Shown: positions 1 through 9,111, counted from the first letter of the stretch. The stretch: 64,000 bases of DNA from Clostridia bacterium (GCA_030527115.1 JAUNBM010000004.1:1153-65152), one strand, 5' to 3'. Numbers and translations: made by a program. Notes: a model not told the origin generated them from the sequence alone.

Positions 1-1151
1 GCGTCAGCGTTAAGGAGCTTGGCGACCGGTTCATCCGCGAGTATTATCAGGACGCGGATGCGCTCGGCGTTGAAAGGGCTTCGGTCAATCCGAGGGCAAC
101 CGAACACATCGGGGATATCATCGCTCTTGTGGAAAAGTTGATTGAGAAAGGACACGCCTATGCCGCTTCAAACGGCGACGTTTACTTCTCCGTTCGCAGT
201 TACCCGCCCTATGGCAAGCTGTCGGGAAGGAATATCGACGATTTGGAGAGCGGCGCAAGGGTCGACCCCTCCGAACACAAGCGCGATCCCCTCGACTTCG
301 CCCTCTGGAAGGCGGCAAAGCCCGACGAGCCCGCCTGGGATTCGCCCTGGGGAATGGGACGGCCCGGCTGGCATATAGAATGCTCCGCCATGAGCATGAG
401 CATCCTCGGCGAGAGCTTTGATATTCATTGCGGCGGGCAGGATTTGATTTTCCCGCACCATGAGAATGAAATAGCCCAGAGCGAGGCCGCGACCGGCAAG
501 CCCTTTGCCCGCTATTGGATGCACAACGGCTACATCAATATTGATAACGTGAAGATGTCCAAAAGCCTCGGAAACGTTTTTACCGTCCGCGAGCTTGCCG
601 AAAGGTTCGACCTTGAGGCGATAAGGCTGTTTATGCTCGGGGTTCATTATCGCAACCCGATCAATTTCTCCTTTGAGCTGATCGAACAGGCGCAAGTTGC
701 GCTTGACCGGCTCAGAACCGCCCGCGAGAGGCTACGCGACGCCCTTACCGTGGAAACCTCCACCGAACAGGACGAAGCCTTTATCGCCTCCCTCGAAGGC
801 TATCATGCGCGCTTTGACGCGGCGATGGACGACGATATGAATACGGCGGACGCGCTGGGCGTATTGTTTGAATATGCCCGCGCCTGCAACAGCTTTGTGA
901 CCGTGACGCGCTCCAAAAAGGCTGTCGAAGCTTCGATTGCGCTCCTAAACACGCTTTTGGGCGTTCTCGGACTTTTAACCAGCGAAAAGCAGGAAGAGAT
1001 TCCCGAAGAAGCGCTCCGGTTGCTAAGCGAGCGCGTGCAAGCGCGCAAGGAGAAGAACTATAAACGGGCTGACGAGATTCGCGATCTGCTGAAGTCCATG
1101 GGCTTCGCAGTTGAGGATACTGCGCAAGGCCCGAAACTCAAGAAAATATAA
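1..1151 (+). CDS. cysS: cysteine--tRNA ligase, C-terminal part (5' end outside window)
   Basis: The ORF is open to the window edge. It has the class I aaRS motifs HIECSAMS and KMSKSLGN, followed by a helical anticodon-binding tail. Confidence 0.93.
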   Translation, partial: VSVKELGDRFIREYYQDADALGVERASVNPRATEHIGDIIALVEKLIEKGHAYAASNGDVYFSVRSYPPYGKLSGRNIDDLESGARVDPSEHKRDPLDFALWKAAKPDEPAWDSPWGMGRPGWHIECSAMSMSILGESFDIHCGGQDLIFPHHENEIAQSEAATGKPFARYWMHNGYINIDNVKMSKSLGNVFTVRELAERFDLEAIRLFMLGVHYRNPINFSFELIEQAQVALDRLRTARERLRDALTVETSTEQDEAFIASLEGYHARFDAAMDDDMNTADALGVLFEYARACNSFVTVTRSKKAVEASIALLNTLLGVLGLLTSEKQEEIPEEALRLLSERVQARKEKNYKRADEIRDLLKSMGFAVEDTAQGPKLKKI

Positions 1152-1167
1152 TTAAAGGAGTATCCCC

Positions 1168-2166
1168 ATGAACCTGCTGTTTATCCTGTTCCTCGGCGCG
1201 ATCGCCGTATACGTCCTCTATGCCGCCATAAGCGGCAAGGGCCGTCTTTACAACGCCGATTTCATCAAGGAAGCCCTTAAGGCGAAGTTCCACAAGGTCA
1301 TGCGCCTGATGTATCTGGCGCTCGGTCTCGTTATGCTCTTGGAAGCCGCCGTTATGGCCGGACAAACCTATCTCTTTGAGGCGGACGACTATTTTGTCGC
1401 TGAGTCCTACTATGACGCAAACGGCCACTATTATGAGATTACGATGGACGAGGACACCGAAACCTACTATCAAACGGTTCTCGGCGAAACAACCCCCGTT
1501 CGCCTTTACACCTATGAAGAAATGCTGGAGCAGGACTTTATCGAGGTCGACGATAGCGGCAACGTAACCGACATCTATCTGTATAAAACCAGCACCTATC
1601 CGGCCTATGCCAAAGATTCCGATGGAAACTACTATTTCACCGAAACCTACTATGACGCCGACGGCGTGCGTCACAGAATAACCGAGGACGACGGCGTTTA
1701 CTCCGAGAAGGTCGGTGGTAATGCGGAGACCGAGGTGATTAAGTATACCGAGGAGGAGTTTATTGCCACGTTTGAGTTCAACGAGACCGATCTCTCCAAG
1801 CCGGTATTGAACGTTACCAAGACGAACCCCAACTCCGACGAGGATGAGTCCACGACAACCGCGGCCGCCTCCACCTCCCTGCTCTCCTGCATGGGAACGA
1901 CGACGACCGAAACCAATAATCCCACCATCTCCTATCTCACGATGGCGCACAAGTCCGATTTTCTGTCGAGCATCTCCTACGAGACCTTCAGTACGCTGAA
2001 TATCGTGTTTATGGTGCTTTCGCTGGTTATCCTGGTCGCCATATTCGTAGCGATAAGGCTTATGACGGACAAGGAGAAGAAGAACAAGGCGCGGGTAACC
2101 AATACGCCTGCCTCCGGTCTCCCCTCCTCCGCCTTCGACTTCGACGAGGATGACGGCGAAAAGTAG
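1168..2166 (+). CDS. hypothetical membrane protein with Tyr/Asp-rich extracytoplasmic region
   Basis: SD aaggag lies upstream of the ATG. There are N-terminal and C-terminal hydrophobic segments and repeated YYD-type motifs. I recognise no family. Confidence 0.6.
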   Translation: MNLLFILFLGAIAVYVLYAAISGKGRLYNADFIKEALKAKFHKVMRLMYLALGLVMLLEAAVMAGQTYLFEADDYFVAESYYDANGHYYEITMDEDTETYYQTVLGETTPVRLYTYEEMLEQDFIEVDDSGNVTDIYLYKTSTYPAYAKDSDGNYYFTETYYDADGVRHRITEDDGVYSEKVGGNAETEVIKYTEEEFIATFEFNETDLSKPVLNVTKTNPNSDEDESTTTAAASTSLLSCMGTTTTETNNPTISYLTMAHKSDFLSSISYETFSTLNIVFMVLSLVILVAIFVAIRLMTDKEKKNKARVTNTPASGLPSSAFDFDEDDGEK

Positions 2167-2198
2167 AGCCGAAGCACAACATATCAAAAAATAAAAAC

Positions 2199-2240
2199 CG
2201 GGACTGATGCAAATTAGCTTTGCGTCAGCCCCGTTTTTTT
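2199..2240 (+). terminator. rho-independent terminator between convergent genes
   Basis: A 12-position stem (2199-2210 with 2222-2233, one mismatch and one G-U) is followed by T7 at 2234-2240. Confidence 0.75.
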
Positions 2241-2287
2241 AATTACCCGTCCAGCTGTAACCTGCCGATTCGAAGCGCCCCGCTTCC

Positions 2288-3265
2288 CTATTCCAGCCCC
2301 TCCGCAATCTTCAACAGCTCGCCTTCATCCAGCGTTTGGGAGGAGATATGGTACACTACGCCGTCGAACGCATCGATATACATATTCGGTTCGGAGTGCA
2401 CGCCCAGCCGCTCTCCCCAAAGCTCGTGAAGCAATTCCGGATATTCCGTATAGGCGGTCGCATGGTAGCAATAAAGCACCGTAGTGCCGCCCCGCTTTAT
2501 AATCAGGGCATCTTCCATTTTGGCGACCTCAACGGCGAAATAGACGTCCGTCCCTTCCACCTCAAACCCATTGTCCTCAGGATTCAGCCAGGTTTCCGCA
2601 TCAACCCTCAAAAGCTCGCCCGCCTCGTTTTTAAGGACGAGCGAGTACCCCGAAACACAGCTTTTATAGTCCCCGTCGACCGCATATTTTTCGATCGTTA
2701 CGCCGTATTTCTCCTCCGTGCCTATCAGGCGAAGCTCTCCCCCGGCGGGATAATGGAAGCTGACGCTTGCCCGCACGAACTCATAGCCGTCGGGAATGTA
2801 ATTTGGACAGGCTATCGAAGCCTCCGCCCCCAAAATCAGCTCCCTCAGCGCGCTTAGCGAGTCGACCGCCTCACGCAAGCTTGTTCCATTCGACCCGTCC
2901 TCATATATCGCGCTCCAGATTTCATCCCCGGGCGCGGTCGATAGGTACTCCGCTATCGCTTCGTCCACCGACTGCTCGGGCAAAAGCGTCTCCGGGCCCG
3001 GCGTAGGCGCAATTGATTCCTGCGACTCAACCGGCGAGCCGTCCCAGTTTATCCTTCCGAATACGCCCGTTGCCGCCAAGGTCACGGTGGACACAAGCAG
3101 GACGAGCGCCGCCGCAAGCGCCGCTATGCCGTGGCGGCTCAGCCGGACTGAGCCTCTAAGCCCACTATCGGAAACGGCGCCAGCCAAACGCGCCCGCATT
3201 CGCCGTTTTGCATCCGAATCGGGGCTTACCTTATCCCAAGCCTGTCTTATCCTTTCGTTTTGCAT
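2288..3265 (-). CDS. putative membrane-anchored anti-sigma factor
   Basis: It lies immediately downstream of the ECF sigma gene. It has a short cytoplasmic N-terminus, one TM segment (IAALAAALVLLVSTVTLAA) and a large extracytoplasmic domain. I chose the MQNERI start over the longer ORF. Confidence 0.55.
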   Translation of the reverse strand: MQNERIRQAWDKVSPDSDAKRRMRARLAGAVSDSGLRGSVRLSRHGIAALAAALVLLVSTVTLAATGVFGRINWDGSPVESQESIAPTPGPETLLPEQSVDEAIAEYLSTAPGDEIWSAIYEDGSNGTSLREAVDSLSALRELILGAEASIACPNYIPDGYEFVRASVSFHYPAGGELRLIGTEEKYGVTIEKYAVDGDYKSCVSGYSLVLKNEAGELLRVDAETWLNPEDNGFEVEGTDVYFAVEVAKMEDALIIKRGGTTVLYCYHATAYTEYPELLHELWGERLGVHSEPNMYIDAFDGVVYHISSQTLDEGELLKIAEGLE

Positions 3266-3278
3266 ATTCTTTTCCTCC

Positions 3279-3764
3279 TTAATTCTGTAAAAAATCATCC
3301 CCAAGTTTGTTCCTAAGCCAGCGTCTGCCTTCGCTTAGCTGGCTACGCACGGTGGAACCCGGACGGTGGAGCATCCGCGCTATCTCCTCGGTCTTGTAGC
3401 CTTCGTAATAATGAAGGTAGATAACCGTCTTACACCTGTCCGGCAACGACATTATCGCCTCCAAGACGGCGATATGCTCTCCCTTGTCTTCTGGCGCAAC
3501 AACCAGCTCCTCCTTCAGCGACACGAGGCTTTTACGGCGGCGGCGAAGCTCGTTGCGACAATGGTTGGAAACGGTAACTATCAGCCAAGCTTTCTCATGC
3601 TCGGTGGAGTTGAACTGCGCTCCGCGCCGCTCCATGAGCTTCAAAAAAGTGTTCTGTACCGCGTCCTCCGTATCGGCCTTGTTCTTGAGATACACATAGG
3701 CAATCCTGTAGACCATGTCCGCGTGCCGCTCGTATGCCGCGATAATCTCCTCACCCTGTCGCAT
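3279..3764 (-). CDS. ECF-type RNA polymerase sigma-70 family factor
   Basis: Region 2 and region 4 signatures are present (DAVQNTFLKL, and a C-terminal HTH in YYEGYKTEEIARMLHRPGSTVRSQL). I chose the start at MRQGEE; the longer ORF has no support. Confidence 0.85.
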   Translation of the reverse strand: MRQGEEIIAAYERHADMVYRIAYVYLKNKADTEDAVQNTFLKLMERRGAQFNSTEHEKAWLIVTVSNHCRNELRRRRKSLVSLKEELVVAPEDKGEHIAVLEAIMSLPDRCKTVIYLHYYEGYKTEEIARMLHRPGSTVRSQLSEGRRWLRNKLGDDFLQN

Positions 3765-3882
3765 TCTCCGAATCCCCCTTTCACCTATTACACACCGCAA
3801 GCCGGCAAATTGTCGAGATTTTTTTGAAATAAATACTACGCTTACAGGACGGCGGCGTTCCGTCCCATAAGCTGTCTGCAAG

Positions 3883-4061
3883 TGTATAAACGCCGTATAT
3901 ACAGCGAAAAAACGGTGTATAAAGCTAAAATGGTAGTAAGATGGTAGTAAGCACTTACTACCAAGTGAAAAAAGAAAAACCCCGAAAGCGGCTTGCTGTC
4001 AGGGTTTCTATGTGGCTGCGGAACTAGGATTTGAACCTAGACAATACGAGTCAGAGTCGTA
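3883..4061. repeat. left copy of island-flanking direct repeat (att-like), with the last 49 nt of tRNA-Gln at 4013-4061
   Basis: Aligned by eye to 12391-12571 at roughly 90% identity. Positions 4013-4061 are identical to the 3' 49 nt of the intact tRNA-Gln gene. Confidence 0.85.
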
Positions 4062-4586
4062 ATGAAGAACGGAAAAGCGCTCTCTCTGAGTGACTTTTTC
4101 CCGCAATTACCATCATTTTAGTTTGATGAAAAACACCACATAACTCTGAGGGAGTGGCTGTGTAGTAGTAAGTTGGTAGTAATCAGCTTTTATGCAAATT
4201 CTATACTACCATGTTTCGGCTGGTATTTTTGAAAATCGCATTGCGTCATTTCAAAGATCCGCGCCACACACGATTAAAAGCCTGTGACACAACATTGTCA
4301 TAGACGGGTCACTTGCGAATTGATAAAATAATATCGTAAAATCCTATACCCGCAAATCGGATAATTCGTCCCAAAAGAGATGTAGGACGCTCCTCGCATC
4401 CCTTTTTCGGCGATTCAAGCTAAGGAGAAAGTATGGAACAGTATAATTGCTTAACCTGCGTGTGGAAAACGGCCGTTATTGCGGAAAATCATGTACTTTG
4501 TTTCTTCCCCAAATGCGTTCACGAAATCGCTGCCACGCCCAGCAGTGGAAGAAGTGAGCCTCAAAGCGAAGGAGGAAACACTCAAA

Positions 4587-5975
4587 ATGAAGGGCATAAT
4601 ACTACTTGCCGCATGTGCAATTCTGATGATTTGCACGACATTGATTTTTACGAGAAGAAGTAAAAATATCGAATCTTTCCATGTGGCGAATCGAAAACTC
4701 GGCACATTCAGCTCCGCAATGTCTATTGCAGCCACATGGATTTGGGCACCCGCACTATTAGTATCGGCAGAACAGGCGTACAAAAATGGACTGCCTGGGC
4801 TGTTCTGGTTTTTGGTGCCTAATGTGCTTTGCTTGCTTATTTTTATCCCATTCGCAAAGCGCATCCGGAAAGATATGCCTCATGGCATCACCCTATCGGG
4901 ATATATGGGTGAAAAATACAAGTCGAAGAAGGTAAAAGGTGTTTATATCGCCCTGCTTGGAGGACTATCAATCCTATCAACGGGCGTTCAGCTTCTTGCC
5001 GGAGCGAAGATAATAACCATGGTTACCGATTTGCCTTTCTTTGCAGTAACGGTAGCTCTCGCTTTAATCACCTTCTTGTACTCCCAGTTCTCTGGAATTC
5101 GCGCATCAGTCATGACGGATGTTGTGCAAATGCTGATAATGCTTGTTGGGTGCGCCCTCTTCGTTCCGTGGGCCTTATCTTCCGGTAGCGGATTGCAAGA
5201 TTTCGTTGCCGGCATAAGCAACAGCACAAAATCAGGGCTCTTTTCGGAGCATGGCATAAGTGTACTACTGTCGTTTGGGCTTCCTACGGCCATCGGGTTA
5301 ATATCAGGTCCTTTCGGGGATCAGTGCTTTTGGCAACGGGCATTTGCTACAAGGTCAAGCAAAATTGGCAAAGCGTTTACCCTCGGTTCTGCCATTTTTG
5401 CTATCATCCCTCTGTCCATGGGCGTCTTGGGATTCGTTGCTTCCGGCAATGGCTCTTTCATCCCCACGGATACGGGCATAGTCAACCTCGAGCTGATTCA
5501 GCGCTTGTTTCCCGCATGGGCAACATTGCCCTTTGTATGTATGCTGATAGCAGGACTCATGTCAACGCTTGATAGCAACCTTTGCGCTGTAGCCTCCCTC
5601 ACTACCGACATCACAGACAAGCCCTCGCTCGGAAAATCAAAGGTTGCAATGGCTATCCTGCTTGTTGTTGGGATTGGAATTGCGAATATCCCCGGTCTTA
5701 CTGTAACGCACTTGTTCTTAATTTACGGCATCTTGCGTGCAACGACTTTGATTCCCACCGTTTTAACCTTAAAGGGCAAAAACCTGACCGCGAATGCCGT
5801 ATTTTCGGCGGTTTTATCCGCTTTGTGCATAGGTTTTCCTCTCTTTGCGATCGGAACATTGCGCAACATTTCAGCGTTGAAAATTGTTGGTTGCGTTTCA
5901 GTTTTATTGATAGGCCTTGTCACCTCCCTTGTTGTTTCAAAAATTGAATCTCGAAAGGAGGCGGCAAACCAATGA
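4587..5975 (+). CDS. sodium:solute symporter family (SSF) transporter
   Basis: About 13 hydrophobic segments. The N-terminal pattern (F.VANRKLG...SIAATWIWAPALLVSAEQAY) is typical of the SSF family. A strong SD aaggagg precedes the ATG at 4587. The stop overlaps the next start (ATGA). Confidence 0.8.
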   Translation: MKGIILLAACAILMICTTLIFTRRSKNIESFHVANRKLGTFSSAMSIAATWIWAPALLVSAEQAYKNGLPGLFWFLVPNVLCLLIFIPFAKRIRKDMPHGITLSGYMGEKYKSKKVKGVYIALLGGLSILSTGVQLLAGAKIITMVTDLPFFAVTVALALITFLYSQFSGIRASVMTDVVQMLIMLVGCALFVPWALSSGSGLQDFVAGISNSTKSGLFSEHGISVLLSFGLPTAIGLISGPFGDQCFWQRAFATRSSKIGKAFTLGSAIFAIIPLSMGVLGFVASGNGSFIPTDTGIVNLELIQRLFPAWATLPFVCMLIAGLMSTLDSNLCAVASLTTDITDKPSLGKSKVAMAILLVVGIGIANIPGLTVTHLFLIYGILRATTLIPTVLTLKGKNLTANAVFSAVLSALCIGFPLFAIGTLRNISALKIVGCVSVLLIGLVTSLVVSKIESRKEAANQ

Positions 5976-6583
5976 ACACGAAAATGGATGTGGTTCAAGT
6001 TCCGCTTGCATCGCTTAAACTTCGTGAGAAAAACACGAGGATTCATGCCGAAAAGCAGCTTCATGAGTTCGAGCGCAGCATAAAAATGTTCGGGCAGATA
6101 AGACCTATCGTTATAGACGAGGATAACGAGATTTTAGCAGGGAACGGATTGTATCTTGCTCTTAAAAGATTAAACTATGAAATGGCTGATTGCTATATCA
6201 TCTCTAATCTGACTGAAGCGCAAAAGAAAAAGCTGATGATTGCTGATAACAAGATATTCTCGCTCGGCATCGACAATCTTGCGGTGCTCGAGGAGTTTAT
6301 AAATGAGCTCGTTGGCGATTTGGATATCCCGGGATTCGACCCTGATATATTGGCAACCATGACCGAGGATGTAGAAGATGTCACTCGCCGTATCTGTGAT
6401 TATGGCGTTTTGAACGATGAAGATATTTCCGTCTTTGAGAGAAGCGCAAAAAGCGACGAAACGGCCAAAGTTGCAAATGCGCCATCGCAACCATTTAACC
6501 AAAGTCATTCAGATGAGCATGAGTCCACGGAAGTATCGTCATATGTGGTTTGCCCAAGATGCGGTGAAAAGATATGGCTATAA
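5972..6583 (+). CDS. ParB N-terminal (ParB/Srx fold) domain protein, IbrB/DndB-like, with C-terminal CxxC
   Basis: The sequence LREKNTRIH...SIKMFGQIRPIVIDEDNEILAGNGLYLALKRL...LMIADN matches the ParB-like domain seen in IbrB and phage ParB-methylase proteins. It is translationally coupled on both sides. Confidence 0.7.
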   Translation: MNTKMDVVQVPLASLKLREKNTRIHAEKQLHEFERSIKMFGQIRPIVIDEDNEILAGNGLYLALKRLNYEMADCYIISNLTEAQKKKLMIADNKIFSLGIDNLAVLEEFINELVGDLDIPGFDPDILATMTEDVEDVTRRICDYGVLNDEDISVFERSAKSDETAKVANAPSQPFNQSHSDEHESTEVSSYVVCPRCGEKIWL

Positions 6584-7335
6584 AGCGTCGCGTTTCAGGC
6601 ATTGATGTAGTGACGGCCGCACGTATTCGCATCAAAAATGCTTTCTCCAATGGCTTGCCCGTTTACCTGAGCTTTTCGGGCGGAAAAGACAGCCTTTGCC
6701 TTGCCGAAATCACACTCGACCTTATCAACAGCGGGGAGATTGACCCCTCCCTGCTGACGGTGATTTTCATTGACGAGGAGGCGATTTTCCCTTGTATCGA
6801 GCGAACGGTGAAAAAATGGCGTCAGAAATTTATGCTTGTAGGCGCCAAATTCATTTGGTACTGCTTAGAAGTCAAGCATTTCAACTGCTTCAACTCTCTT
6901 TCCGAAGATGAATCATTCTTTTGCTGGGACTCAACGAGAAAAGATGTTTGGGTCCGCAATATTCCATCATTCGCAATTACCGATCACCCCATGCTGAACA
7001 AGCGGGCTGACGATTATCAGGCTTTCCTGCACCGCTCGTGTAGTAACGGTGTTACACTTGTTGGTGTTCGAGCATATGAATCGCTACAACGCATGCAAAG
7101 TTTCGCAAGAATGGGCGAGGCCAAAATGCGAATAACATCGAACAGACATTTTTTCCCGCTTTACGATTGGCGCGATGCGGATATGAAGCTTTCTCCTATC
7201 TCTTTTGTTGACTTCTTTGTGATTTTGTATTCTTTGATAAACGCATATCGAAGCTCATACATGCGCAGTGCGATTTCACGGAGCTTGGATTTCTGTTCTT
7301 CTACCTTTGCGCGCATTGCCAACTCGGCGTTCTGA
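6574..7335 (+). pseudogene. PAPS reductase / PP-loop family protein, IbrA-like (DUF3440-type), C-terminally truncated
   Basis: The PP-loop SFSGGKDS is present, with FIDEEAIF, CWD....WVR, GVRAYESLQR and PLYDWRDAD blocks colinear with IbrA-type proteins as I recall them. Recognisable sequence stops near 7185. The rest of the ORF is antisense of the convergent parB gene. Confidence 0.65.
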
Positions 7336-8156
7336 CGCTCAGTTTCTTCATCGTCGATAACCCTGTCTTTGTACAGATATGCGCCACCCCATTCGTCAAT
7401 ATAGTAGTAGTATCGAATTTCATCTGTGTCTGCGGGAAGCGTCACATCCTCAAACTTTCTGAATATGGTGATATACGCAACGCGTTCCTTTGTATAATCG
7501 GCTTTTTCAAGACGTATTGCGAATTCAGAAAGCCTTTTATCCCAGCAAGCCTTTCTTTGGGCTTTCTCTTGGTTGTCGAGAGCTTTCTTTATCTCATACT
7601 CGAAATTCGATGTCCCTATTGCATCAAGAAGCTTGTTCCTCACTTTGATATCCTCAACCTTATTCAATCTATCAAGGTCGGTTAGGCTGAGTTGCCTCTG
7701 TGATGCTTTTTTCAGCTTGCCTTGGTCAAGCTCTATGAGCTTTATTCTGCGTCTGACAGTCGTTTGAGAGAATCCTGTTTTCTCTGAAATCATTTCTACC
7801 GAATCCCCGAAGTCAAGCATCATCTGAAAACCGTGCGCCTGCTCGATGATGGTTAAGTCGCTACGTTGAAGGTTCTCCGTCATCATCGTAGCAAGTTGCT
7901 CTTTCGGCGTCATGTAAGCCACTACACAAGGCAACACGGTCAGTCCCGCCTGCTTGGCGGCGGCAAGCCTGCGATGCCCAATTATTACCCTGTATTCTCC
8001 GACCTCTGTCGGGGACGGTACGACGGTGAGATTTTGTAGGATGCCGTTCACCTTGATGCTTTCCGCAAGCTCGGTCAAGTCGCCTAAGTCTTTGCGGGGG
8101 TTGTCCGGATGTGGGATCAGCCTGTCCGTGCTGATAAAAGTAATTTCCTGTTTCAT
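7161..8156 (-). CDS. ParB/Spo0J-family protein of the island
   Basis: It has the canonical ParB box (IIGHRRLAAAKQAG), an HTH (ISEKTGFSQTTVRRRIKL) and a Lys/Glu-rich coiled C-terminus. SD aggagg precedes MKQEITF. Confidence 0.85.
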   Translation of the reverse strand: MKQEITFISTDRLIPHPDNPRKDLGDLTELAESIKVNGILQNLTVVPSPTEVGEYRVIIGHRRLAAAKQAGLTVLPCVVAYMTPKEQLATMMTENLQRSDLTIIEQAHGFQMMLDFGDSVEMISEKTGFSQTTVRRRIKLIELDQGKLKKASQRQLSLTDLDRLNKVEDIKVRNKLLDAIGTSNFEYEIKKALDNQEKAQRKACWDKRLSEFAIRLEKADYTKERVAYITIFRKFEDVTLPADTDEIRYYYYIDEWGGAYLYKDRVIDDEETERQNAELAMRAKVEEQKSKLREIALRMYELRYAFIKEYKITKKSTKEIGESFISASRQS

Positions 8157-8317
8157 TTCATTTCCTCCTATTTTCTTTCCTCTCTGCAAGATATTGATAT
8201 ATGAGGACTATAGCCAATGAGTAAGATGCTATATAGGCTACTACCATGAGTGCTATAAATATAAACATTAGTTCTGTCCTCTAATATCTATAATAATCGT
8301 GTAACAGGGTGACTCGG

Positions 8318-8647
8318 CTATTGCTTGCCGGCGGCAACAGCCAACATCCTACGCTTACTCTCCTGGGCTCTGTCGGGAATGCGTTCCCCGATATAGTCAA
8401 AGAGCTTTGCGGCAGGATAGCGATAAGACCCGCGTGAACGCACGGCCGGGATGCGGCCTTCGCTAACCCATTTGCAGATGGTTTTCGGACATACTCCAAA
8501 TATTTCGGCGACCTGGCGAGTATTCAAAACCGTCATCTGCGCTTGAGATGTCGACACATGCTTTTCGAGCTCTTGAACCCGCTTGTGCAACGCAAGAAGC
8601 TCATCTGCACTCTCGGCAAGTACGGCCAACTTCTCGATATCGTTCAT
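8318..8647 (-). CDS. excisionase-type (MerR-like) HTH protein
   Basis: A coiled N-terminus is followed by LNTRQVAEIFGVCPKTICKWVSEGRIPAVR, which is typical of Xis/HTH_17 proteins. It overlaps the upstream gene by 4 nt. Confidence 0.65.
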   Translation of the reverse strand: MNDIEKLAVLAESADELLALHKRVQELEKHVSTSQAQMTVLNTRQVAEIFGVCPKTICKWVSEGRIPAVRSRGSYRYPAAKLFDYIGERIPDRAQESKRRMLAVAAGKQ

Positions 8648-8856
8648 CGGGCCGCCTCCTCTCTAATGCCAAGGTAGCGGCATATGCGATGCTTCGTATC
8701 TTCGCTTTCCCTGCGTCCGTTGAGAACGGATGTGACATGCTCGCGGGTTTGCCCAATCTGCGAGGCAAGCTCTATAATGGTCATGTCGCCCTGCTGGACC
8801 ATCGCAATCTTCGCTGCTACCTGCCAAGGTTCCAAGTCCTTTCGCTTTCTTTTCAT
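8644..8856 (-). CDS. small HTH protein, cro-like position
   Basis: A 70-aa ORF from MKRKRKD with SD aaaggag. It has an HTH-like segment (TIIELASQIGQTREHVTSVLNG) and is divergent from the repressor-like gene. Confidence 0.55.
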   Translation of the reverse strand: MKRKRKDLEPWQVAAKIAMVQQGDMTIIELASQIGQTREHVTSVLNGRRESEDTKHRICRYLGIREEAAR

Positions 8857-9111
8857 GATTTCACTCCTTTCTGTGGACTTTTTGCGAGAACCATGATACA
8901 ATTACAAAAGTAGTTGTATAAGGGGTAAGGGAAGCGGAACGCGCAAAGGCTGTGGAAGGACTATAGCGTGTCCCGCTCGGTGTAACCGTTGGAACGAGTT
9001 TTAGGCCTGTTCCCCTGTTACATTTGTAATTATATACCGACTAAATAGGGATGTCAATAGTTTTCCTCAAAATTTTTTAATTATTTTGTGGATTCCGAAA
9101 CGGAGGAGAAA

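Noticed and set aside
3882-4012. The idea that the island's left boundary is at 3883 rather than 4013-4061.
   Set aside because: The exact-identity block is the tRNA 3' segment, which is the usual crossover core. The outer ~130 bp is only ~90% similar, and I treat it as a flank/arm homology question (see findings).
4433-4663. A 76-aa ORF with a good SD (aaggag, spacer aaagt, then ATG) and CxxC pairs at both ends, upstream of the symporter.
   Set aside because: Its last 77 nt overlap the strongly supported symporter start (4587) in another frame, and the second CxxC lies in that overlap. I recognise no family. It is possibly a short leader ORF, but I do not call it as a gene.
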